Part shown: piece after piece, positions 49,120-50,000 of the stretch
Layout of the letters: each line of letters begins with the position of its first letter
How positions within the stretch are numbered: the stretch's first letter is position 1
Made by a program: the position numbers and the translations under genes
The notes under the pieces: generated by a model
What the model was told of the DNA's origin: nothing
The model's input: only the letters and a program-made list of their open reading frames with translations
Databases searched by the model: none
DNA from: Balanoglossus misakiensis
Lineage: Eukaryota; Animalia; Hemichordata
Length of the DNA stretch: 50,000 bases
Assembly: GCA_040954595.2 (NCBI GenBank)
Contig: JBECUI020000058.1
Location: 1-50,000, forward strand
Direction: 5' to 3'

Positions 49120-50000
49120 TTTACAGTGTATCGTGGGACACGATCACGTTTTAAAGGCATGATGACGATGCCGAAGCCACATGGTCGAAGAAGGAATGTT
49201 TCCATCTCACTTATATGCTAGCAGGGGGGGGGGGGGGAGGTTTGGATCTCATAATGCATTTGTGCTCGGTACTTCAAAACATATTTTATCATGTTCCACT
49301 CAAGTTATTCACAAGTATATGTCAATAAAATGTGAGGCTTCGCGTCAATCAAGCCGTACAGCTTTGATTTGACAATATTGCCATCAACCACCAACGCTTG
49401 GTAACCAGAAGCGTTCTAACTCAAGTGGTTGTAAGGGTGAAGCAACGGACCAACAAATTCATACTATTTTCTTTCTTCTCTCTCTACAGACACCAAAGTA
49501 ACGAAGAAAGCCATACAACTCTGAACCACCCAGAAACTTCTTGAAAACTATATTTTTGTAGCGAGTGCCTGGAATAACAACGAAAAGGACACTATCTCTC
49601 AGATGCGTTTAGAAACGCTCCTCAAACCACGAAGATGACACCACATAAAACTCGTGTCTGTTGGAAAAGAAAAACTTCTAAACCTCGCCAGAAGGAAGAT
49701 TATGTATTTACAATATGAGGGACACCTTTCTCGCTGCCATGTTTGCAGTTACCATGGAAGCATACGGAACCTTTACCAGGCGAGATGAAGCACAGACAGT
49801 CCCTTTATGTCTGCGGATGAAATACAGTCGACAAACTACAGTGTGCTTGACTCTTGGAACCAAGACCCTTGGCTGCATACAGTGACTTGTCAAGTTATCG
49901 CATATTCTATGAAATAACTGTACAGTACATTGCTAATGTCGACACTGTTGGCTGATTGAGAGGTGACAAATCCTATCTGGCAGAATGACCGTGCAGAAAT

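Overview
Eukaryotic, intron-rich animal genomic DNA; a marine invertebrate such as a hemichordate or echinoderm is my inference from gene content only. Four main parts. (1) 330-8681 (+): 24 exons, reconstructed by hand in one open frame, of a 5'-truncated DEG/ENaC/ASIC-family channel. A ~608-aa cassette of 9 LDL-receptor class A repeats and 2 CUB domains is inserted inside its extracellular finger region. (2) ~9312-30068: a ~20.7-kb array of an 87-bp satellite that flips orientation at ~18852, exactly on the monomer's own internal dyad. All long repetitive ORFs there are artefacts. (3) 30221-33022 (-): a glycoside hydrolase family 1 gene with two tandem-duplicated alternative last exons. (4) 35933-42692 (+): three tandem single-coding-exon CBM21 glycogen-targeting PP1 subunits (PPP1R3D/E-like). 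Also present: two non-autonomous TIR elements, microsatellites, a CTCF-like site and a CRE-rich non-coding region.
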